From: a virus
Taxonomy: Duplodnaviria > Caudoviricetes
IMG/VR virus record: IMGVR_UViG_2932189381_000001
Coordinates: 24,038-88,037 of that record
DNA length: 64,000 nt
Reading direction: 5' to 3' (one strand)
Below, piece after piece: positions 1-6,914 of the stretch (position 1 is the first letter of the stretch; each line of letters starts with the position of its first letter). Position numbers and translations under genes: made by a program. The notes under the pieces were generated by a model. That model did not search any database and was not told the DNA's origin. It was given only the letters and a program-made list of their open reading frames with translations.

Positions 1-168
1 GCCGTGGACCGGGCCTACCAGGCCGGGATCTTCCGCCGGGAGCGCCACGGCGACCACGCCGGCTACGCCGCCCACCTGTACCGCGGCGAAGACCCCTGCG
101 ACGCCTGCAAGACGGGGGAGCGCGCCTACCGGAACAACCTCCGCCAGCAACGAGAGGCAGCCGCATGA
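1..168 (+). CDS. Partial (5' truncated) protein ending in a His/Cys metal-binding motif
   Basis: Frame 1 reads AVDRAYQAGIFRRERHGDHAGYAAHLYRGEDPCDACK...*; the stop overlaps the next ATG (ATGA). Confidence 0.55.
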   Translation, partial: AVDRAYQAGIFRRERHGDHAGYAAHLYRGEDPCDACKTGERAYRNNLRQQREAAA

Positions 169-335
169 CCGGACCCCTGTGCGGGGCGCGCCACTGGCAG
201 CACCCCGACACCCTGTGCACCGAGCTCACCGGCCACGACCGGGCCGACGGCAGCAGCCCGCACGCCGGGCTCCTCATCATCGACGGGCGTGAAGCCGGCG
301 TCATCACCTGGAACGAACCGAAGGAGAAGCGGTGA
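165..335 (+). CDS. Small hypothetical protein (56 aa)
   Basis: ATGA/GTGA overlaps at both ends; MTGPLCGARHWQHPDTLC... Confidence 0.5.
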   Translation: MTGPLCGARHWQHPDTLCTELTGHDRADGSSPHAGLLIIDGREAGVITWNEPKEKR

Positions 336-1141
336 CCGACCCCCGCCCCCTGCCCGATGTCGACTTGCTCGCGTGGGCGGTCGTCCTCGAGTACCGCGAC
401 CGGCAGTACGCCCGCGGCAGCAACATCATCCTGCTCCCGTACCCGCCGTGCCCGACCTGCGGGGAGAACGTGGACGGCGTGCACACGTACCAGCGCCGTG
501 ACCAGTTCGAGTCCCGCATCACCATGAAGCCCTGCGGGCACGGGCATGCCGTCGCCGAAGCGCAGGTCGACCGGATCCACCGTCACATTGGCGACCTGCT
601 GGAACTCCTCGACACCGCCAGCCGGTGGCCCGCAGGCAAAGGCTGGAACACCGAGCGGATCATCGCCGAAGCCCGCACCCGCGTCGGGCAGGAAGAGCAG
701 GCAGCGACCGAAGCCACCGAGTTCGAATGCTGCTGTGTGTGCGGCGGCACCCCCATCGTCTACTACCACAACCACCTAGGCTTGCCGCTTTGCCGGGCCT
801 GCGCCGACTGCCGGTGCGGACAGAACCCGTGCGCGCGGACCGGCGTCAACGACCCCGAGGTGAGCGAGACGGCCGAGCTGGAGCGGCTGCGGCGCACCGT
901 CCGACAGCTCATGACCGTCAACCGGCGCCACGCCGACCAGCTGGTCACCGCACACCAAGTCACCATCGGGGACCTCCGGCGGGCGGAAGCCCAAGTCCGG
1001 GCCCGCGAGGCCGCCCTCGCCCGAGTGGAGGCTCTGGCGGCCCGGATCGCGGCCGGGCATCCCGTCCAGGACAACGCCGACGACCTGGCCGCCGCCATCC
1101 GCGACGCCGCCCGCACCGACCAGCCGAAGGAGACGCCGTGA
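332..1141 (+). CDS. Hypothetical Cys-rich phage protein with C-terminal coiled coil
   Basis: AGGAG RBS, CxxC motifs, translational coupling. Confidence 0.7.
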   Translation: MTDPRPLPDVDLLAWAVVLEYRDRQYARGSNIILLPYPPCPTCGENVDGVHTYQRRDQFESRITMKPCGHGHAVAEAQVDRIHRHIGDLLELLDTASRWPAGKGWNTERIIAEARTRVGQEEQAATEATEFECCCVCGGTPIVYYHNHLGLPLCRACADCRCGQNPCARTGVNDPEVSETAELERLRRTVRQLMTVNRRHADQLVTAHQVTIGDLRRAEAQVRAREAALARVEALAARIAAGHPVQDNADDLAAAIRDAARTDQPKETP

Positions 1142-1374
1142 CCGAGACCCGCACCCGCATGCACCACCACCTGCACACCGGGTGGCATGAACTTCTGCAC
1201 TGGCTGTACGACCCCGCCTCTCTTGGGCGCAAGGCGTACCGCGTCCGCTACCCGTGGCTGCACATCCATCTCATCCCCGGCCGGTGGCTGAACCGGGCCT
1301 GTGACCGCTACGACCGGCAACTCGGCCTTACCGAAGACGAGATCCGACAGGTCCAGCCTAAGGAGCGGCCGTGA
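1138..1374 (+). CDS. Hypothetical protein
   Basis: AAGGAG RBS; GTGA overlap with the upstream stop. Confidence 0.6.
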   Translation: MTETRTRMHHHLHTGWHELLHWLYDPASLGRKAYRVRYPWLHIHLIPGRWLNRACDRYDRQLGLTEDEIRQVQPKERP

Positions 1375-1535
1375 CGCCCGACCGGCAGGCCCTCACCTTC
1401 GACGAGCTCGCCGACCTGGGTGCCGAACTCCTCGCCGATCCTTGCGACCCCGACTGGTGGGACCTGCGCGGCCAGGTGACCGCCGACCAGTACCACCGCA
1501 TCGTCGACATCACCGTGACAGGGGAGTGGCTGTGA
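1371..1535 (+). CDS. Small hypothetical protein (MTPDRQALTFDELADL...)
   Basis: AAGGAG RBS; coupled at both ends. Confidence 0.55.
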   Translation: MTPDRQALTFDELADLGAELLADPCDPDWWDLRGQVTADQYHRIVDITVTGEWL

Positions 1536-1729
1536 CGTGGCAGCGGCAGGAGTCGACCAGTCGATGCGAATCCTGCCGCGCCTACTGGGCCGTCCTGCAA
1601 GACCTCGGTGAGGACTGGGATGCAGCCGGACGGCCCGACGACCCCGACGGGTGGGGGCGGCAGATCGGCGGCGCCCTCGGCATGTACAGCCAACACCTCG
1701 CCGAGCATCTGCCCAGCCGGCCGGCATGA
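1532..1729 (+). CDS. Small hypothetical protein with CxxC
   Basis: GGGGAG RBS, GTGA overlap; ends at the palindromic terminator. Confidence 0.55.
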   Translation: MTWQRQESTSRCESCRAYWAVLQDLGEDWDAAGRPDDPDGWGRQIGGALGMYSQHLAEHLPSRPA

Positions 1730-1775
1730 CGATGCCCCCGCCACCTCGACTCGAGGTGGCGGGGGCATCGTCATG
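1725..1775. terminator. Bidirectional terminator; perfect 25-bp inverted repeat
   Basis: CATGACGATGCCCCCGCCACCTCGA-C-TCGAGGTGGCGGGGGCATCGTCATG between convergent genes. Confidence 0.8.
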
Positions 1776-1778
1776 GTT

Positions 1779-2282
1779 TTAGGCGACAGCCTTTTCAGCG
1801 ACCTTCCGCAGCCATGCGGCCCGGGACAGCCCCTCCGTCTTCGCTGCGGACTCGATCTTGTCGAGGAGGTCGCGCGGGTACGCCACATTGATCGTGGGAC
1901 CAACCGCCGGCCTGCCGCCCTTGGAGTCCGGGCCAGACTCGTCCGGGGTGTCGGGGAACCACTTCTCCAGTTCCGCCTCCGCCTCCGTCCCGCCGCTCTT
2001 GACCATCCATTCGCGGGCCTCGTCGTCGGTGAGGAAGCGCCACACGTTGGGGCCGTTGAACTCGGGGCGGGAGTCCTGGTTCTCGACCCAGCGCCCGCCG
2101 CTGGTGCGGTACAGCTGCGCCCGGTTGACCTGCATGCCGGAGATGACGCCCCGCATGACCTGTCCGTCCCAGCGGGAGGACTCTTCGAGGATGTGTTCGG
2201 CGGCGTCCAGGTCGAACCAGCCGAGGCGGTCGTAGTCGCCGTCGTAGTTCATTTCGGTGCTGTAGATCGTGATGCGGTTCAT
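1779..2282 (-). CDS. Protein with C-terminal ribbon-helix-helix (CopG-like) DNA-binding domain
   Basis: GRPAVGPTINVAYPRDLLDKIESAAKTEGLSRAAWLRKVAE is a typical RHH pattern. Confidence 0.75.
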   Translation of the reverse strand: MNRITIYSTEMNYDGDYDRLGWFDLDAAEHILEESSRWDGQVMRGVISGMQVNRAQLYRTSGGRWVENQDSRPEFNGPNVWRFLTDDEAREWMVKSGGTEAEAELEKWFPDTPDESGPDSKGGRPAVGPTINVAYPRDLLDKIESAAKTEGLSRAAWLRKVAEKAVA

Positions 2283-2321
2283 GGCTACTCCGGGTCAGGT
2301 AGTGGGGTGGTGTGGGGTTCG

Positions 2322-2585
2322 TCAGCGGTCGTTGTCGGCGGGCTTCTGGAGTCGGGCGAGCTGCTCGCGCAGCTTCTGGATCTCGTCGCTCTGCTCCCTG
2401 ATCACCTGGTCCTGGGCGGTGATCGTGCGGTTCCGGTCGGCCACGCGGTCGTTCAGTGCGGCGATCTGGGCGCGCTGCCTTTCGATCTTGGCGTCCTGCT
2501 TGGCGATCTGACGCTTCTGTCCTTCGATCTTGGTGAGCAGGTCTTCCTTGCTGGAGTCCTGGTTGACGCGGAAGGAGGCGGTCAT
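2322..2585 (-). CDS. Coiled-coil hypothetical protein
   Basis: Heptad pattern; AAAGG RBS. Confidence 0.6.
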   Translation of the reverse strand: MTASFRVNQDSSKEDLLTKIEGQKRQIAKQDAKIERQRAQIAALNDRVADRNRTITAQDQVIREQSDEIQKLREQLARLQKPADNDR

Positions 2586-2636
2586 GGCGGGTGCCTTTCT
2601 GGGTTCGCGGGTGGCGGTCAGAGGGTGGTCGGGCTG

Positions 2637-3467
2637 TCAGTAGTCGCCCTTCAGGGAGGTGATGTAGGTGGAGGCGTCGGCCTTGGACATCTCCTCGATG
2701 CCGGCGCGGTCGGTGGGGCCGTAGAAGAAACCGCCGCCCTCACCGGAGCACTCGCGGCGGGCGAGGAGGGTGAGGATGAACTCGACCTGCTTCGGGGTGG
2801 CCAGGGGGCCCTTGGTGCGGCGGGCCTCCTCGAGCTGGGCTTCGCGGGCCTCACGGACGGCAGCCTCGGCGGCTTCGATGGCGTCCTGTTCGGCCTTCTT
2901 CTGGATGCGCTCCGCGGCGCCCGCAGCGTGCTGGGTGGCCCACTGGATGAGGATGTCGGCCTTGGCGGTGGCGGTGGGGTCGGCGTCCGCGTTGATCTTC
3001 TGGTCGAGGTTGCGCGGGTCGCCTTCGGTGGAGCCGGTGACGCGCCAGTAGGTGGAGCGGTCCATGCGGCCGGCGCGGGGGATGGTCTTCTCGATACGGA
3101 ACCCGGCGGGGGTGTTCTCGTAGAACCGGGCGTAGAACTCGGCGTGGGCGCGGCTGTAGAAGGTGGCGTCGTAGATGCGGGAGTCCTTGCCGGGGCCGTA
3201 GCCGGCGGGGGTGCCGTCGGTGCGGACGATGGTCCAGGTGGTGCGCTCCTCGCCGTACTTGACGGTGGTGCCCTGCTCGAGGCGGTAGGTGGTCTCGGTC
3301 ATGCGGGCCTTCCTCTGGCCGATGGCGATGCGGTGGGTGAGGGAGGCGGTGTCGATGACCCACTGGCCGGCGACCTTGGTGGCGGCGATGACGCCGCGGC
3401 GGCACCAGGCGCGGATGGTGCGGATGGTGACGTTGGCCTGAGTGGCGGCGGCAGTGGTGTTCATCAT
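2637..3467 (-). CDS. MerR/Xis-like HTH domain protein
   Basis: N-terminal TTAAATQANVTIRTIRAWCRRGVIAATKVAGQWVID; C-terminal ATPKQ...SKADASTYI motif; GGAGG RBS. Confidence 0.75.
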   Translation of the reverse strand: MMNTTAAATQANVTIRTIRAWCRRGVIAATKVAGQWVIDTASLTHRIAIGQRKARMTETTYRLEQGTTVKYGEERTTWTIVRTDGTPAGYGPGKDSRIYDATFYSRAHAEFYARFYENTPAGFRIEKTIPRAGRMDRSTYWRVTGSTEGDPRNLDQKINADADPTATAKADILIQWATQHAAGAAERIQKKAEQDAIEAAEAAVREAREAQLEEARRTKGPLATPKQVEFILTLLARRECSGEGGGFFYGPTDRAGIEEMSKADASTYITSLKGDY

Positions 3468-3485
3468 GGTTTCCCTCCCCGTGGG

Positions 3486-3540
3486 GTTTTCGATACTGAA
3501 AACCTAGAGGAGGGGGTGAGGGGTTGTCAATACTGAAAAC
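3486..3540 (-). promoter_or_regulatory. Sigma70/HrdB-type promoter overlapped by two operator repeats
   Basis: Minus strand TTGACA(3530-3525)-N18-TAGGTT(3506-3501). GTT(T/G)TC(G/A)ATACTGAAAAC occurs at 3486-3503 and 3523-3540. Confidence 0.7.
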
Positions 3541-3545
3541 GCAAG

Positions 3546-3574
3546 GAGCCTCCCGGTCATCGACCGGGAGGCTC
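3546..3574 (-). terminator. Hairpin terminator at the 3' end of the mini-array
   Basis: GAGCCTCCCGGTC-ATC-GACCGGGAGGCTC, 13-bp perfect stem, followed on the minus strand by CTTGCGTTTT. Confidence 0.7.
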
Positions 3575-3756
3575 AACCCCGCGAGTGCGGGGAGCAGCTA
3601 CCAACACCCCTAAGCCTGGGGCCACCCCCGCTGACGCGGGGAGCAGAACCAACTCACGCCCTACGTAGGGCCACCCCCACATCGGCGGGGAAGAGGCCGC
3701 TTCCCAGCAACCTCCGTGTCCATCGACTGGAACACCCCCGCAGCGGCGGGGAGCAG
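3569..3756 (-). CRISPR. Orphan type I-E-like CRISPR mini-array: 4 repeats, 3 spacers (32, 20, 20 nt)
   Basis: 29-nt repeats on the minus strand: 3756-3728 CTGCTCCCCGCCGCTGCGGGGGTGTTCCA; 3695-3667 CTCTTCCCCGCCGATGTGGGGGTGGCCCT; 3646-3618 CTGCTCCCCGCGTCAGCGGGGGTGGCCCC; 3597-3569 CTGCTCCCCGCACTCGCGGGGTTGAGCCT. All keep the I-E CCCCGC-N4-GCGGGG stem (one G-U) and an 8-nt 3' handle. Confidence 0.88.
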
Positions 3757-3869
3757 CGCCGGTCTCCCGGCGGGCCACCACTATGGCACGTGGCACCGAC
3801 AGCTCGCAGGGAAACCGACAGCCCGTCAGGCCCGCGCCACCTCGAGCGGCGCGGGCACCGGCTGGGCGC

Positions 3870-4631
3870 CTACCGAGGGAACCGCGTCAGCCACGCAGGG
3901 AGCGGCTTGTCGTCGGCCCAGTAGTGCAGCAGCGCGTACTTGTACGACAAGAGGTCCACGGCCCGCACCGAGTGCAGCGCTTCCGGCTCCTCCCGACCGA
4001 GCTGCGCCAGAGCCCGCTGCCGCTTGTCCCGGTACACCTGGGGCCGCTTCCGCTCAAACTGCAGCAGCAGCCGGCGCAGCTGGTCGTCGTCGAGCTGGTT
4101 CGCCGACGCGTACAGGCCGTCGAGTTCCAACCGCATCCGCTTCTCGCGCGCGTCCTCGCCCGCGCGAGCGGCAGCGAGCGCGGAGGAATGTTGGTCGCCG
4201 GCATCTTCTTCATCCGTACTTCTTCCGTCACTACTTACTGAAGAGGTACCGCCCGCCGACGTCGCGCCGACCGACGTGCCGCCGACCGACGTGCCGCCAG
4301 CGGTACCCCGGTCCTGCGGTACGTCGTACACCTCAAGCACGGTGATGAAGCGTCCTCGAGGACCCTTCTCCTTCCGGCGGATCATGTATCCCGCCGCCTC
4401 CAATTCGGCGAAGGCTGCGCGCAGTCCACGCCGCCCCTCGCCGACCACATCGCCGCGGTGCCGCCGTGCACGGTCCGACAGGGCGTCGGCGTTCGTCTCC
4501 CAGCCCGACGGCCGGCTCAGTAGCTCGGCCAGCACGCCGCGCGCCAAGTACGTGAGCCGGTCGTCTCGCAGCAGCGCGTTCGGCAGGATGGTGAAGTTGT
4601 CCGCTGGTCTTGAGCGGCGGATCTTCAGCAC
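3870..4631 (-). CDS. Putative replication initiator (N-terminal winged HTH, phage O-like)
   Basis: NFTILPNALLRDDRLTYLARGVLAELLSRP..W...AFAELEAAGY, followed by GGTSV repeats. Confidence 0.7.
   Translation of the reverse strand: MLKIRRSRPADNFTILPNALLRDDRLTYLARGVLAELLSRPSGWETNADALSDRARRHRGDVVGEGRRGLRAAFAELEAAGYMIRRKEKGPRGRFITVLEVYDVPQDRGTAGGTSVGGTSVGATSAGGTSSVSSDGRSTDEEDAGDQHSSALAAARAGEDAREKRMRLELDGLYASANQLDDDQLRRLLLQFERKRPQVYRDKRQRALAQLGREEPEALHSVRAVDLLSYKYALLHYWADDKPLPAWLTRFPR
4243..4302. repeat. Four tandem 15-bp iteron-like repeats inside the rep gene
   Basis: gaggtaccgcccgcc/gacgtcgcgccgacc/gacgtgccgccgacc/gacgtgccgccagcg, next to a relatively AT-rich tract at 4204-4242. Confidence 0.55.
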
Positions 4632-4716
4632 TCGCCCCGTCCTATGGAGTCGGCGCAGGGTGAAGCAATCATGGAAACCCCTGGTGTTCCGCGGGCCGCA
4701 CGCCCGCTGATCTGAA

Positions 4717-4748
4717 GAACGGCCGGACGGAAACCCGTCCGGCCGTTC
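4717..4748. terminator. Stem-loop between the DUF6907-like gene and rep
   Basis: GAACGGCCGGACGG-AAAC-CCGTCCGGCCGTTC. Confidence 0.6.
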
Positions 4749-4773
4749 CTGTGGTCTGCGTGCAGTGCCCGAG

Positions 4774-5235
4774 CTACGCGGCAGCCTCGTTCGTCAGACG
4801 GCACGTGCGCAGCGCCTGCCGGATGTCCGCGGCCATCCGCTCCAGCTCGACGGCCAACTCCTCGCCCTGCGCCTCCGTCAGGTGCGCGTCATTCGCGCTG
4901 GTGCCGTCGGCCACGACCAGGTGCGCGGCCCGCATCCGCGGGTCCTGCGACGCCGGGTCCGCGGTGAGGTTCACGTACCACTCGAGGACGGCCGTCGAGT
5001 CGTCGCTCATGTCCGGGACCTGAATGCCGCCACCCGGGCCGTAGTGCGTGATGTCCTCGACGGCGACCTCCCGCACCTCCGCGTGGTCGACGTGGCACCA
5101 GTCGGTGGGGCACTGGATCCACACGGTCTGAACGTTGCCCGGACGGCCAATCGACGCCGGCACCAGACGAGGGGCGGCGGGGTGCGGCACCTCGACGGCG
5201 GGACGCGCGGGCGTGGTGCATGTACTCTGCTGCAT
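4774..5235 (-). CDS. DUF6907-like actinobacterial mobile-element protein
   Basis: CPTDWCHVDH...H motif and C-terminal LTEAQGEELAVEL helix; AAAGGA RBS. Confidence 0.65.
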   Translation of the reverse strand: MQQSTCTTPARPAVEVPHPAAPRLVPASIGRPGNVQTVWIQCPTDWCHVDHAEVREVAVEDITHYGPGGGIQVPDMSDDSTAVLEWYVNLTADPASQDPRMRAAHLVVADGTSANDAHLTEAQGEELAVELERMAADIRQALRTCRLTNEAAA

Positions 5236-5340
5236 GAGCAGTCCTTTCTTGACGGTTGGGACTCACTGATCAGCGGACTGGCATCCGCTGTGATGAACAG
5301 GCCGGGCGTTGGTAGCGCCCGGCCGTTCGCGTTTTCAGGG

Positions 5341-5835
5341 CTAGTTCGGCACCCGGAAGTGTCGGTTTCTCCAGGTGAGCAAGCCTTCGTCGACGAGCTC
5401 ATGCAGGGCGAGGTGAGCTATCAGCGCCGACACGCCGAACTGCCGCCCAACCGGTGCGCCCTGCAGGCGAGTTCCACGCTTGTAGTCGCCTCGCTCCAGT
5501 GCTGCGCGCATTCCCTCTCGGACGGCTGTTCTCTCGGCCGTGGCGTCGTACTCGCGCGCCTTCTGCGGCCATCCCCTCCCGAGGTGGTGGTAGCCGTTGT
5601 ACAGAGGACGCTCTTCCAGCATGGCTTTGGCTTCGGCCGCCAGAGCTTCCTCGCGGCTGTCGAGCCAACTGATCTCGTGGCGTGCAACGTGATGCCACCA
5701 GAGCTTGTCTCCCGCGTGCTCCTTGAGGCGCACGTCCGGGTAATGGCTGATGCCGACGTAGAGCAAGATGCCCGCTGAGTCGTACAGGCGGTAAAGCGCG
5801 CTCTTGCCGAGCGGGTAGGGGTTGGTCATGTGCAC
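5341..5835 (-). CDS. GIY-YIG nuclease domain fused to a GntR-type winged HTH
   Basis: ALYRLYD..G.LLYVGIS...R...H...WW...EA...E...I/L...P.YN pattern; C-terminal RAALERGDYKRGTRL...QFGVS....LALHELVDEGLL. Confidence 0.78.
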   Translation of the reverse strand: MHMTNPYPLGKSALYRLYDSAGILLYVGISHYPDVRLKEHAGDKLWWHHVARHEISWLDSREEALAAEAKAMLEERPLYNGYHHLGRGWPQKAREYDATAERTAVREGMRAALERGDYKRGTRLQGAPVGRQFGVSALIAHLALHELVDEGLLTWRNRHFRVPN

Positions 5836-5870
5836 CTTCCGCTATGGAGTGGTAGCAGACAGAATCGTGC

Positions 5871-5885
5871 ACCGGTATAGGACCA
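5871..5885. promoter_or_regulatory. Putative Kor (GntR) operator box inside a leftward promoter
   Basis: ACCGGTATAGGACCA, 13/15 match to the reverse complement of the box at 6852. Lies between TTGACA (5892-5887) and CACGAT on the minus strand. Confidence 0.6.
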
Positions 5886-5988
5886 GTGTCAACATGTCTG
5901 AGTTGGCGGAGTTGTCAGCCGCTATAGAGCAGCTTGGTTCTCGCAGGTAGACAGGTACCTTTGATGCACTCGACCACTTGAGGAGGGC

Positions 5989-6744
5989 ATGGTGAAGGAT
6001 CCAGCGCAGGGCAAGACTCCGCGCTACGTAGTGATCGCGGATGAGCTGCGTGCGCGGATCAAGGCCGGCGAGTTCTCGGAGACGGGCAAGCTCCCGAGCG
6101 AGCGAGTGCTCACTGAGGAGTTCGACGCGGCCCGGAACACGATCAGGGATGCGCTCCAGCTGCTACGCGTCGACGACCTGATCGAATCGCGCGGCGGATC
6201 GGGTGTGTATCTGCGCAGCTTCCAGCGTATCCAGCAGGACGCCGTCGAGCGCCTGTCTCGGGAACAGTGGGGCGCCGGCCGTGCCATCTGGGACAAGGAT
6301 CTCCAGGGCCGTCCCCGCAGTGAAGACGTGAAGGTGTTCGAGGCGGACCCGCCCGAGCATGTGGCCCGGACTCTTGGTGTTCAGGGGCAGAAGGTCTGGT
6401 GTCGGGACAAGCTCTACCGGGCCGAAGGGCGCATCACCATGCACTCGGTGGCCTGGTATCCGGCTGACCTCGCCGAAGGTACGGCGATCACCGAGCAGAA
6501 CACGGGTCCAGGTGGCGCCTATGCCCGGCTGGATGAGGTCGGCCATGGGCCTGCTCGGTTCAGCGAGGGGATCGAGGTGCGGCTCCCGCTATCGGCTGAG
6601 TCGAAGACGCTGGGCATCACGATGAGCACACCGATCATCCTTATCGTCCGAACGGCCTACGACTCGGAGGATCGCCCGGTCGAGGTCAATGAGATGAAGC
6701 TCGACTCGGACAGCTACAGGCTGATCTACAACTTCCCCTCCTGA
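5989..6744 (+). CDS. GntR/HutC-family regulator with UTRA domain (KorA/KorSA/TraR-like transfer repressor)
   Basis: IADELRARIKAGEF...KLPSERVLTEEFDAARNTIRDAL...GSGVY; UTRA end RTAYDSEDRPVEV; upstream of the tra module. Confidence 0.92.
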   Translation: MVKDPAQGKTPRYVVIADELRARIKAGEFSETGKLPSERVLTEEFDAARNTIRDALQLLRVDDLIESRGGSGVYLRSFQRIQQDAVERLSREQWGAGRAIWDKDLQGRPRSEDVKVFEADPPEHVARTLGVQGQKVWCRDKLYRAEGRITMHSVAWYPADLAEGTAITEQNTGPGGAYARLDEVGHGPARFSEGIEVRLPLSAESKTLGITMSTPIILIVRTAYDSEDRPVEVNEMKLDSDSYRLIYNFPS

Positions 6745-6761
6745 CCTGCCCGTTACCGCTT

Positions 6762-6792
6762 AGCCCCCGGCTTCACGGTCGGGGGCTTTCTT
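6762..6792 (+). terminator. Rho-independent terminator
   Basis: AGCCCCCGGC-TTCACG-GTCGGGGGCT followed by TTCTT. Confidence 0.7.
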
Positions 6793-6802
6793 GTGTCTGC
6801 GC

Positions 6803-6867
6803 AACCTGTCTAGAACCAATCCGTTGACCGGAGCTGCCTGGACTGTTTAAGTGGTCCTAGACAGGTT
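6803..6867 (+). promoter_or_regulatory. Transfer-operon promoter flanked by inverted Kor boxes
   Basis: AACCTGTCTAGAACCA (6803-6818) and TGGTCCTAGACAGGTT (6852-6867), a 15/16 inverted match around TTGACC (6824). Confidence 0.7.
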
Positions 6868-6914
6868 CCGGCGACCGGGGCCTACCGACCGAGCTATGCC
6901 CGAAAGGAGATCCC

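Noticed and set aside
1608-3536. 642-aa plus-strand ORF and other long ORFs (11208-13550, 24340-27342, 47392-50034, 49838-52003 on the minus strand)
   Set aside because: Shadow frames antisense to well-supported genes, common in high-GC DNA.
1779-4631. cas genes next to the mini-array
   Set aside because: The flanking proteins show HTH, RHH, coiled-coil or Rep motifs; no Cas6 G-rich loop, Cas1, Cas3 or RuvC signatures were seen.
5296-5316. Self-target of the 20-nt spacer AGGCTTAGGGGTGTTGGTAG (11/12 match to GGGCGTTGGTAG)
   Set aside because: Only 12/20 overall and the match is at the PAM-distal 3' end, so it is plausible by chance. It may still hint that the spacer derives from a similar hairpin in a related element.
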